DNA of 64,000 nt, taken from the NCBI GenBank assembly GCA_964035545.1, contig OZ037769.1, forward strand, positions 16,522,633-16,586,632. Direction: 5' to 3'. Source of the stretch: Bugula neritina. Taxonomy: Eukaryota > Animalia > Bryozoa. Shown piece by piece: positions 1-12,700 of this stretch. How positions within the stretch are numbered: position 1 is the first letter of the stretch; every line of letters begins with the position of its first letter. Position numbers and translations under genes: made by a program. The notes below the pieces were generated by a model. That model ran no database searches, was not told the origin of the DNA, and was given only the letters and a program-made list of their open reading frames with translations.

Positions 1-804
1 AGTCTATATTGTAGATACTTAGTCTATATTGTAGATACTTAGTCTATATTGTAGATACTGAGTCTATATTGTAGATACTGAGTCTATATTGTAGATACTT
101 AGTCTATATTGTAGATACTTGGTCTATATTGTAGATACTTGGTCTATATTTTAGATACTTAGTCTATATTGTAGATACTTAGTCTATATTGTAGATACTT
201 AGTCTATATTGTAGATACTGAGTCTATATTGTAGATACTGAGTCTATATTGTAGATACTGAGTCTATATTGTAGATACTGAGTCTATATTGTAGACACTT
301 AGTCTATATTGTAGATACTTAGTCTATATTGTAGATACTGAGTCTATATTTTAGATACTTAGTCTATATTGTAGATACTTAGTCTATATTGTAGATACTT
401 AGTCTATATTGTAGATACTGAGTCTATATTGTAGATACTGAGTCTATATTGTAGATACTGAGTCTATATTGTAGATACTGAGTCTATATTGTAGACACTT
501 AGTCTATATTGTAGATACTTAGTCTATATTGTAGATACTGAGTCTATATTTTAGATACTTAGTCTATATTGTAGATACTTAGTCTATATTGTAGATACTT
601 AGTCTATATTGTAGATACTGAGTCTATATTGTAGATACTGAGTATATTGTAGATACTGAGTCTATATTGTAGATACTTAGTCTATATTGTAGATACTTGG
701 TCTATATTGTAGATACTGAGTCTATATTGTAGACACTTAGTCTATATTGTAGATACTTTGTCTATATTGTAGATACTTTGTCTATATTGTAGATACTGAG
801 TCTA
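1..804. repeat. 20-bp tandem minisatellite AGTCTATATTGTAGATACT(T/G), about 40 copies, truncated by window start
   Basis: Directly visible 20-nt period with few variants; the unit is an imperfect palindrome. Confidence 0.97.
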
Positions 805-1516
805 ATGGTGACGTACTACCTGGTGATGTTACAGTTTAACCAAAGTTGAAAATAGAAGTGTCGACATTAAAACAAGTTATAGTAATTGGTTGTCCTCGAC
901 ATATTATATAACATTTCTCTATTGTGACTGAATGACTTTTTCAATTTTATTTATGCCTTTATATTAATACTATCATATGAAAATGTATATAAGCAGCAGT
1001 TTGAGGACTGCAAAAGTGCATAGTCAGTAGCAAGCTAGCGGGGTCATTAAGTGCAAAATTTGATGAAGTTTTTGTATCATTTGTAAAGCGCGAAACAGAG
1101 CCGTGATGATTTGAATGATATGTTGCAACGTGATGAATGATGAAATTAAAATAAGATAAGCAGTAAGAAACACTATTTATTTTCACAAAAAGAAATAAAA
1201 TTATGAGTATCCAAAGTAAATAAAATATTATACACTTTAATAGTTAAGTAGAAATTGAATAATGAGCTTTTTGTTTCTAAATAATACAGAATGATTGAGA
1301 AAAAATATATAAAAATATGAGCTGATGATATATAATTATTATTGACTGACATTATATTACATAGCATTGTAAATTATTATAGAATGATGTAATACATTGT
1401 ATATAATATATTATAGAATGATGTGACGTATATTATTAAGTATTTTGTATTTGGACTTAGTATGTTCGGAGATTGAGATGTGTAGTGACTTCTACAGACT
1501 ATGCAAGACCCCTTGG

Positions 1517-4500
1517 CTAGGGATATCCATTCAACTTTGTGGCATTCTTTCTCAAAATGGGCTCGCTATCCGTAAGATCGCTGTCGTCGGAGAACTCAAA
1601 CTCCTGCATCTGCATAGTGTTCCAGTTCTCTTTGGGGGCAGACGTGCGTACCGGACGGTAAGAGCTGCGAGGGGCGGAGACGAGATATTTCATGACTACA
1701 AACGTAGCGGCGCAGATTACCATGGAGATGAGGGACGTGTAAATGAGAGACAGGGGGCCTATACTATCGATTGACAAGCCCACAATTGCCGGCACAGCCA
1801 TCTCCCCTAAAGCAGACGCACAGACAAACACAGCGGCCATCTTACTTGTAACTTTGATGTAATTTTCGAGCCACAGAACACCCGTAGGAAATATGGCGGC
1901 CATTCCAACACCCAGAGTCAAAGAGAAAAACCAAACCGGTCCGTTTAAAGCTGCAAATGCAGTAGTGGCGATGGCCAGGCCAGCTGTGGAAAACACCGAA
2001 ATGACGATAGAAACAATAAGCATGGTGTTGGGTGTCAAGCATTTAGACAGAGGTATACACAGGCCTCTAGCCATGGCAAACGAACCCCAATACAGGGAGG
2101 TAAGCAATGCCGCCCGCTTCTCACTCAGATGACTCCTGTGGTGTATGCTAAAAGTAGCAATAAACTGGCCATACGCCACTTCTGTGCCAACGTAAACAAA
2201 GAAAAAGACAAATGCTGCAGACATGACCTTCACCTTGTAACGGGTAGATACGTTGGAAGCTGTGAACTTATCCACTACTTCCTGCAGATCGTTTTCAGAC
2301 TTAAACCTAGCCATTCCGGTGCGACCTGAGCAGCATCCACATTGCAGACAGCAGAACACAACTCCAAACGTGACTAATACTATAGCAATGATAAGGTAAC
2401 TGAACTGCACTTTGGAAATGGAGGAGAAAACGTCTTTGGCTTGTTCAAAAAGAGAAGGTGCATGTGTGGAGTTACCACTTGAAAAAGTCTGCGGGGGTTT
2501 GGCATTGCTGTCGCCTGAATGTGATGGCTTAGCAGCCTTTGTGGTTGCCTTGGACTTTTCTGGAGTAAGAGTCGTTTGTTCTGGAGCGGGAATTGTCTTT
2601 TCTGGCTCTGCAGTAGGAGTTGTCTTTTCTGGATTAGGAGTTGTAGCCTCAGTAGTCGACACACTTGCTATCGTAGATGCATTAGACACACTAGCAGGAG
2701 TTGAGGTGGTTATTGCAGTAGTAGTTGAGGTGGTAGTGGACCGTCCCAGCTCTGAGCTAGACGCTGAGCCAGGGGCGGCTGAAGAGGGGTTGGAGTCGGA
2801 CAGTGAGGAGGAAAGGGGGGTCGTTGGAATCGTTTTGTTTGCTAAGTACGAGGAGGGATCCAAAGAAGAGTTTGTGAAAGAAGTTTCATTGAAAGTTCCT
2901 TCTGGAGGAGTGACCGCTGTGGAATTTTCTATACCGGCAGTATTACCACTACTAGTTGTAACAGTATCAGTACTACTTGTTGTAACAGTATTACCACTAC
3001 TAGTTGTAACAGTATCAGTACTACTAGTTGTAACAGTATCAGTACTACTAGTTGTAACAGCATCAGTACTACTAGTTGTAACAGTATCAGTACTACTAGT
3101 TGTAACAGTATCAGTACTACTAGTTGTAACAGTATCACCACTATTAGTTGTGGCACCATCAGTACTACTATTTTTAGTAGTACTAGTGTTAGTAGTACTA
3201 GTGCTAGGGGTACTGGTGTTAGTGGTAATAATGTTAGTTATACTGGTGTTAGTTGTACTGGAGTTAGTACTGTCAATTGAAACAGTATCAGTGTCAACAG
3301 CTGAAGTAGAGGAATGAGGTGATGGAAAACCTGTCAAGTTATTGGCAGAGACACCTGTGTCAGGAGCAGATGGTGTGGCAGCAAGGGTGACGTTCTCAGC
3401 GGTGTCACTAGAAAGCTGCTTGAGTTGAGTCTCATTGGAGTCAGTTGAAGAGTTTTCAGACGATGTCGCAGCTCTAGTAGTAAGAGGTGTAGTAAGGGGA
3501 GTAGCAGGGGGAGTAGTAGGGGGAGTAGTAGGGGGTGTGGTAGGGGGTGTGGTAGGGGGTGTAGTAGGGGGTGTGGTAGGGGGTGTGGTAGGGGGTGTGG
3601 TAGGGGGCAAGGAGGAGGTGAATAGCTTTTGTTTATTGTCATCGATATCTTTGCCAATATTATTGCCACTCCCGTCATTTAAGTCTTTGTTTTTGCTCAC
3701 CTCCCCTCCAGTATGTGAGGGTTTCACAGGAGCTGGCACAGCACTAGTCACACTTGTTGAAGTATTCAAGGATTTCACAGTAACTGGCACAGCACTAGTC
3801 ACACTTGTTGAAGTATTCAAGGATTTCCCAGAAGTGAATTGAGTAGAGGAAGTGAAGGCAGACGGGAGACTAGAAAGTGAGTCATTAGTTGCAAGTGCTG
3901 CCCGTTTGCTCAGCACTTGAGGCACGGAGGCAGCAGGAGTAGTCAAAGTGAAGTTGTCTCCCAGCTCCATCGATGTGTTACAAGTTAGCCCTGAAACTGA
4001 ACTCAAGAATGGGGCAGCTACGAGGGGCGCAATACAAGCCCCGAGTCCAAACGCAAAGTGCAACGACTGCATGTATGGGCCACTGCTTTTCCCCCAGATC
4101 TTCAGGCATATAACATTTCCACCTGCAATAAATAGTCAACTGTGTAAGGATATGACATAGCATAGCATATATATGACATAGTATAGCCTATATATGACAT
4201 AGCATAACATATATATGACATAGCATAGTGTATATATGACATAGCATAGCGTATATATGACATAGCATAGTATATATAACACAGCATAGCGTATATATGA
4301 CACAACATAGCGTATATATGACACAGCATACCTGTGTCCAGGAATCCCATAGCTATACTAGTTAATGAGAGGAGAACACAGAGTGTGGGGAGTGAGAAAA
4401 CCCAAGGAGCTATGCAGATTGCTAGAAATAAATATATAAAATTCAATATTACCATGGTATATGTTATATGTTATACCTAAATAATCAAGGTTCTTTTTAA

Positions 4501-6435
4501 TTTTGCTTGATTTCCCATGTTTTTTCCTAATTATTCAGCTACTTTTGATTGCAGAGTGTTATGAAAAAAACCATAACTCTCCGAAATCAAAAGTAGCTGA
4601 ATAATTAGAAAAAAAACATGGGAAATCAAGCAAAATTAAGAAGAACCTTGATTATTTAGGTGTGTTCATTTATATTTTACTAGTTTTGGGCTTCATTTTG
4701 GGTTCATTAGCAGCTAAATTGTAAAAAACAGCTACAAACTGGAGATTTCCTGTGTGCACTAAATTAAGTAATATGACTCATATATTATGCATATTATACC
4801 ATGCAGTTTATATTACAAATATTATATTATACAATAATCCCATCACATGTACTATACTTTACATAAAATAAACGTACTAAATATAGAATATACATAATGC
4901 TCAGTAAATTCAGAGTTATTCTCTCTATTAAGTTTATTATTAGTATATAGTAGAGTAACCTACTGATTCCTGCTAGAATGAGTGCTAAGGCTACAAACAG
5001 CTTCTCTTTGTTTGGGAACCTGTCAAATAGAACCCCTCCCACTAAAGATCCTGTAAGAGAGAATAAGGCTATGCAAATAGCAGACAACTCCAGTAATCGC
5101 AGAATTAGAAGGACAAGATCACCTTTAACCTTCATGTCGAGAAATAATTATATAACTTGTAAGTACATGTAAATATGTGTTCCATTAGTATGAATATTAT
5201 ACATATACTATACATGTACTGATATTGAAATTTTTAAAAACAATTATTAGGAAGACAACTTCAAAGTGTTGTCATGAGATTGCATAGTAATGGAACTTAC
5301 CGACTAGATAGCCTACAGACCTTGAAGGAAATATGTAGCTAATAGACTGCAGAGTAGCACCCACCCGACACTGCAGGTAGCCTAGTGTTGGGCCAGGTAT
5401 AGCTATGGCTAAACCCTGTCAACATGGCAAAATAATATATTTTAGTGACACCTTTATGTTATATTATATTATGTGTATATTGTGCTATATCATTTTATAC
5501 TATATATATCATATTATATTATATCACATATTATATTTCATTATATTATCGCATACTATATTATATTATAATATATTATATTATGAGTATATGATATTAT
5601 ACTTTATTATATGATATTGTATTATATGCCATGTAATATTATGAGTATATAATGTTATATAATAAATTATAATATCCTTTATTACGTTTAATATGATATA
5701 ATACATCATACCATATACTATAATATTGTATCATGTTATAATATACTATAATATATTACATTATTTTATGAAGATAGTAACAAATCCTGCTGAGATACAC
5801 AACACAAGGAACTGCTATCTTGTGTAATCTTGGAACTTGGCATAAGATAGGAAAGCAAACAGCAGTTTCTAATAATAACACAATCACCATGTGAGATTGA
5901 AGGATGCAAAGTCTAAAGTGGGACGCAGTATGAACTGATGGTCAGAGTAGCTGTACTGTTTATTCACTGGATTTAGTTATTTACACTTTGACTTGCTGTC
6001 CCAGACTCATAGCAAATAGTAATATGTGATGTAGCATACAAGATGACTCTATAGTGATACTATAGTACCTATGTAGTAATATGTCTTGTAATATAGTAAT
6101 ATAGCTAGCACTAGTAGTACAGTAACATAGCATTACTAATAATACGACTATATTACTAGTAATATAGTCGTCTAGTTATACAACCAATAATATAGCAATA
6201 TAGCTATTACTAGCAATATAAACACATTATTAACAATATAGTAATACAGCTATATTACTATATTACTACTAACACAGTACTATATCTATTACTAGTAATA
6301 CAGTAATATATTACTATATTAGAAGTAATAATTATAGTAATATATATTACTAGTAATAAAGTAATATATATATTATTATATTACTAATTATATATATACA
6401 TATATATACATATATATACATATATATATACATAC

Positions 6436-6515
<80 letters not shown>

Positions 6516-6703
6516 CTAGTAATATAGCTGTATTTCTATAACTGCATACTTACTATACCGAAGAAAGCACCACATAGGGAGAACGTGTTAATAAGTTTGT
6601 TATTTCTCAAGGACACGGCGGGTCCAGGTCTCTTGGATCTCCGCTTTATGAGAGAAGTTTTGTCAAACACTGTGATATCGTCTTCATCTTCCGCTTGCAA
6701 CAT
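1517..6703 (-). CDS. MFSD4: MFSD4/NaGLT1-like major facilitator superfamily transporter with a very large Ser/Thr-rich loop; exons 6703-6554, 5415-5301, 5050-4964, 4421-4332, 4122-1517
   Basis: GT-AG junctions join in phase to give [97 protein letters not shown] and [14 protein letters not shown], all typical of the MFSD4 family. The start ATG at 6703 is the most plausible but is unproven. Confidence 0.85.
4150..4330. repeat. Intronic ~21-bp tandem repeat (GACATAGCATAGTATATATAT-like)
   Basis: Visible periodicity filling most of the intron 4123-4331. Confidence 0.85.
4475..4661. mobile_element. Foldback/MITE-like long inverted repeat (~187 bp) in an MFSD4 intron
   Basis: ACCTAAATAATCAAGGTTCTT..TTAATTTTGCTTGATTTCCCATGTTTTTT..TAATTATTCAGCTACTTTTGATT is reverse-complementary to the right arm, with a short central loop. 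No clear target-site duplication (TSD). Confidence 0.7.
6390..6513. repeat. (TA)n microsatellite
   Basis: Direct reading. Confidence 0.95.
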
Positions 6704-9700
6704 GCTTATGTTGTCTGCAGATATACCAGCAGTTTACTGAACTAACAGCAGCAGCGGCAGCAGATTACAGAGAGACGCTAAGAAAGAACAGACACAACTA
6801 CTGATTAGTAATTCGAAGTTGAGAAGAATTTTTTATAAGTTCAAATGCACCAAGAACTGACAGCAAAACTTTATTAACAACCTGAAGTACCAGCCGAGAA
6901 CTTTATTGTATGTATAAGCTACAATGAGTGGTCTACTGTATGCATAAGTTACAATGATTGGTGGATGATAAAATTTTGCAAATTTTTCCGGTATTTTTCA
7001 GATGACTATTTCAATTGTTGAGAGTAAAACTGAAAAGAGTAACTTTTAATTTGAATGCTCGCTCAGCACAGCTATTAAAACTACAATTTCTTAGTTACAG
7101 ATTACACTTGCTGATGATTTATGATATGTTGAGCCTCTGAATACGATACAATGACACTGACTGGACAAGCTATAACAAATGCAGTTTATAACTGATGGCT
7201 ATATAAATGACTTTTCACATTAAATTACAAAGTAGATCGTCTCCCTGGTGTGGTGCATGCAGGTATAAGCTGCCCTTAAATATACTTGAGTTAGCTTATT
7301 GAATCAACGCTGCAAAGTTTAAATAAACGACTTCAGCATAATACAAACCAGTAACATTAAACACATGTTTTAAATTTTAAAGATGGCTAGTTGTTTAGGT
7401 TAACAATGTAAAAATAAATTCAAGACATTTTTTGGCAAAAAATCCTTATAGCCTTAATTTTTACTAAAAACTATCAAGTAACATCAACATTGTGACTGCC
7501 ACAACGACACCAACATTAACTAAAATAGCCACTATAAATATAATTATTATCTATCAGAGTAAATGACAATTGAACTAGACAAAATCTACACTGACAATCT
7601 ACATTATCAATATGAACATCTAAGATTCCATGACCTTAGAGGCTTATAAGTTATACTATCTGTCTATTCCACAGCCATTTTGATGTTCATATTGCATAAA
7701 TAATCATTACTATTGTAATCATAGCTATACTATTATACTTATAGCTATCTTTATAACATCAACAGGAGCTTTTCGGCTAAGACTTCTAAACAATCATGCT
7801 CACTCATAACCATTGTGTGATTTAGTGCAACTCAAAAACTGAAGAAAAACTTACAAGCACTCAAATATTACTATTAGCAGTTCTACTCTGTATGAACAGA
7901 TTAGGCAAATAATTATAATGATAATCATAATGAATATGATGATAATAATAATAATTCAAACTAGATATCATAATCATATGGACTATCATATTGATTAACT
8001 TAAAGTGATAACCACTTTACGCTTCAGTTTATCATTATGATATTGATTATAATAATATTAATTATAATTAAAATAATTTTCAACCTACATTCAGTCTTAC
8101 TCTTAGTCTTACAGTTACAGTGAGTGAACTTTCACCTGCATTCAAACTTAAGGTTAATGATGACCTGAAGTTAATGCCAACTTTAGATTTATGATTAACA
8201 TAAAGTTAACCAGCTATACTTATACATACAGTTATACTTTTTGGCACAATATGAATATGAACATAATTATCAATATAAATACAATATGAATAACTATAAC
8301 TAAAGATTAGGTATTAGTATAACTCCTTAACTGTGCAAGACTAAGTATAACTATAACTGTATAACATCAATTATAAGTATAAATATAACTTAAACTATAA
8401 CTATAAGTCTAACTCTAAGTCACTATAGGTATAACTGCAAGACTAAGTGTAGGTCGAGGTGTAACACTAACAGTAGTTCAAATTGTAAATCACTCATTGG
8501 TCATTACCTTTAAGTTTAAGTCAAACTCAATGTGAATATGAATGTCATAATGATAAAATTAAATGATAATATTGATGAAATATTAATAATAATAAAAATT
8601 AGAGTTCTTACAGTATGATTAAGTGTAGCACTAACAGTAATGGGTAACAGTTAGACTTAGTGTTACAGGTTGAGGTTGTATTACTATTACTATTACTATT
8701 AGTATTACTCACAGTCACTATTAGATTTAGTATTACTATTAGTATTTAATAATAATATACTAATTAAAATTTAGTATATTATTATTAAATATTAATATTG
8801 CATCATTGTTAAAAATTTAAATAGCCCGTGATCTACTTCTAGCTAATAACCTACAATAAACAACCTGTAAATTAAAGTTTTAAAATAGCCATTAGCTCAT
8901 TTTCATTAATTAAATTACAAGTTTTATCATTACGATAAAGTGATTATGGTTATGTTTAACTTTGAGCAGTATACGACATATTTGAGCCTGAAAGCTTTAA
9001 CTGGAAACGCTATAATACTTTCCATAATGTATTTTAAACGAGTTTTGTAGCCTGTTAATAGAAACAGTCTAACTTTTCTTTTATTCCCATTTCGTACATT
9101 TGTTACAAATTATCCGCTACTTCCTTCAAGTTGTTTTTCTTGTCAAGTTCCGCTCAGTTTGAGTTTACACCGAACCTATACTATATTTCACCACCAGTGT
9201 ACTACTAGTAGTATAACTATAATATTTCAATTATTAGTAGAATAAAATGTGTTGTTTTTGCAGGCTTAAAGCTCACTCTAAGTCTAGGAGTAGCCGTAGG
9301 ACTAAGTTAATCATAATCATAATCATAATGATAATCATAATCACTTTATCATAATGATAATCATAATCACAATGACTATTTATATCACCATCGCTATGGC
9401 TATCAGTATGAGTATCACGTTCACTGTCACACTCACAGTAATTGCGAATTGAAAATTTTATGACAAGCGTAAGCTTTGTAGCTAATGATGAACTACATAA
9501 AACTAAAATGAAATGTTTTGCTTGGAAACTACAATTTACCGAACCTTTGTAGTGTCTTCCGTCTAAAAAATGTCCCAATCTATTGCATAATATATTGCGA
9601 GTATATTGTATATTATTATTCTATACACTATATAAGTTAAGGTAATGTTAACATAGCAGCAGAGACTGCAGATGTGAATTATCTGTGAAGAAACTTTTAT

Positions 9701-9762
9701 AACCAGTTAACACTAGTCTAGTGAATCTCAGTATTCAATGCTTGTGTTTTCAGTGTATTCCA

Positions 9763-12700
9763 ATGGCTGAAGCTACAGTTAAGCAGGTAGAATGTGGATT
9801 CTGTGTAACCAGACTAGAAGATCTAGAAGATTCCAGATCTCTGCCTTGTTCTCATGTACACTGCTTAAGATGTCTGCTGGGGAACTTTGAGGTCAATAAG
9901 ATAGTGAGATGTCCCTTCTGCAGGTATCATCTTCCTTTGAGATATTCTCAGTTTGAGTTCTGTTTACTAATCATTGTGAGTTCTACTGTATTGTGTGTTA
10001 TATTCTCTACTGAGTGAGATGTATTGTATACTGTGATGAGTTAGTAACTGCTTTACTGTATTGTATAGAGAAGTATTTGATGTTGACATTCACTCTCTTC
10101 CTACCTCCAACATCGGAGAAGGTCCATCTCTATATTGTGATAGTTGTACCAGGAAAGGAGTGAATAATCAGCCAGCTGTTATTTACTGTAAAACTTGTTC
10201 CACTAAACTGTGTGCTAAACACAGAGAGGTGAGTTAAACGTCAGATTTAGTATTTTAAACAATTTAATAATATGATTCATGTAACATGTTTATTATGTGA
10301 TATATTAATGGCAATCATGGTTGTACTATTATAACTTTTACTGTATTATACACAGTCACATGATGATGTGCATGGAGCCCACCCTATGATCACCATGACT
10401 GACTACAGAACGCAGGCTATGAAGCTAGCACCCAGGCTATGTACTAAACACACAGAATTGCCATACATTCTGGGATGTAGAAAGTGTTTAACTTGTGGCT
10501 GTGTGGAGTGTCTTAGTGTCCTGGGGAATTGTACAGATGGTATGTATTCTATAGAGAATTGTACAGATAATATGTATTCTATAGAGAATTGTACAGATGG
10601 TATGTATTCTATAGAGAACTGTACAGATAGTATGTATTCTATAGAGAATTGTACAGATGGTATGTATTCTATAGAGAATTGTACAGATGGTATGTATTCT
10701 ATAGAGAATTGCACAGATGGTGTGTATTCTATAGAGAATTGTACAGATGGTGTGTATTCTATAGAGAATTGTACAGATGGTATGTATTCGCTTCAAAAAT
10801 GAACATCAGTGTGTATTATTTCATAGGTTCATCTCACAAACTGATGTCACTGAAAGAGTTGGTAACTGAACTCTCCAAAGAGGTGGATGAGATGAGATCA
10901 GAAATACTGGACAGAGAAGATAAACTCTCAGATTTACTGAAACACGTGACTGGAGTATTGTGTGATTATGATAGTGAGACTAGAGATATGATAGAGACAC
11001 TCCACAGAACACGTGATGAACAGGTCATATTATATACTCTGTACTGTTATATGTTAGTTGAATATCACTGTAGTCACTAGTTTGTAAGTCGAGATATAAA
11101 TAAACTAGTAGAATCTATTTATAGATTGAGAGTATTCAACAGAAGTATAAGAAGTTGGAAGAAGAGTTGATAGAATTGAGAAGAAATACTAAATTAGAGT
11201 TGGAGAGATTCACTGAACAGGATGTTGGAGTGAAGTTGTCTGATCTGAATAGACATAGACTTCAGATTGAGGCCAGACATAAACACAATCACCAGGTCTG
11301 TGGTTTACTAGTTCCATGATATTAGCATTTAGTTCTGTTTGATTTTGATGAAGTGATATTTTCATTCTTCAGTTTCAAGAAAGTATATATCTTTAGGTGG
11401 ACATTATAAACAGACATGGGGAGACAATCAACCAGATTAAGGAGTTGTTATCAGGGAACCTTCCAACTCTGAAACTATCCAATATGGCTACTCTAGAGGT
11501 CAAAGGTTAGACTTGGATATTACTAAATAGTGATTTTTTAAAACTTTTTCAGCTTAGATGCCCTTTTTTTAGTAAGTAGTATAGTAAGTAGTAAGGCTAA
11601 ATACTTTATTACTTTAATTGGCTAAGAAATGTAGGTGCGACTTAAATATAAAAGTATGTACTGTCAAACACATTTGTTTACAAGACTTACTATAAATCAT
11701 GTGTCAGTTGAGTACTCTTATTCGATGCACCAAATTCTCTACTGTCTGACATGTGACGATTCCAATTTTGTGGTTTTAAACGCTGTTTTTCTCACTAACG
11801 GTTTAATGGTAAAAAGGGTGATTTGCTTTATATTTGAATGCATGCTTCGTGCTTTGAATAGTTGAGAGGTTATATCACTAAGCCTAGGGCCACACGGTGC
11901 GTATTTTCGCATGCGAAAATTGAAATCACAAGTAGCAAAGGTGTCCACTGTAGCGTTGAGAAAACGTTCGCACTTGTCGCTCTGCATTTTCAACGCAAGT
12001 GCGAATCGTCTCTGTCGTCGTCACCTAATTAGCTGGTAGTTATTCGGCGAGCCCAATTTCTTTATTTTAGTGCTTCATTCCAGTAAATTGCGTTTTATTG
12101 AAAGCGAGTGCGATTTAAAAATGAATGCTTTTTTTATCACGCATCACTGACGCTACAGTGGACACCTTTGCTACTTGTGATTTCAATTTTCGCATGCGAA
12201 AATACGCACCGTGTGGCCCTAGGCTAACACTATAGTGCTGCTCTCTATTTATTATCAAATACATACTGACACTGGAAGATTATATAAAGTATCATATAAT
12301 CATATAATATGACTGTTTGAGATGTAGTGCCACCTGCTAGCACCTGTTTCTTACCAATTCAGTGTTCTGTAAACTATAACAATATTTTCTACAATCTAGA
12401 AAGACATAAGTGTTTAGAAAAATATTATTGTTGCACTTCAGTCATTTGCTGTTATAAAATTCACTCTACTGATGCACATTTCTATATTTTGAGTTGATTC
12501 TGTAAATCTCAAATTGTCTAGATCACTGGTGGAGTATAATTTAGGTGAGCATTGAATCTCTTAATAACCTCTCTATGAATTTCATTGTAGGCGAGAAAAG
12601 AGAAGTTGAAGTAGAAGTTGTCACCTCAAAAAGTGTGTCTATAGACTTGGAATATGGACTGACAACTCCTGATACTCTACCTACACAGTTGTCTCTCCTG

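Noticed and set aside
1-804. CRISPR-like appearance of palindromic repeats (also 36640-36740, 21353-21571)
   Set aside because: No unique spacers, no cas genes, eukaryotic context.
2412-3842. Val-rich plus-strand ORFs (301 and 135 aa)
   Set aside because: Antisense shadows of Thr/Pro codon repeats in the MFSD4 exon.
7400-9100. Hexamer-periodic AT-rich intergenic sequence (also ~15200-15800, 30700-32300) as hidden coding or RNA genes
   Set aside because: No sustained ORF, splice-consistent exon or stable structure found; treated as degenerate simple-sequence DNA.
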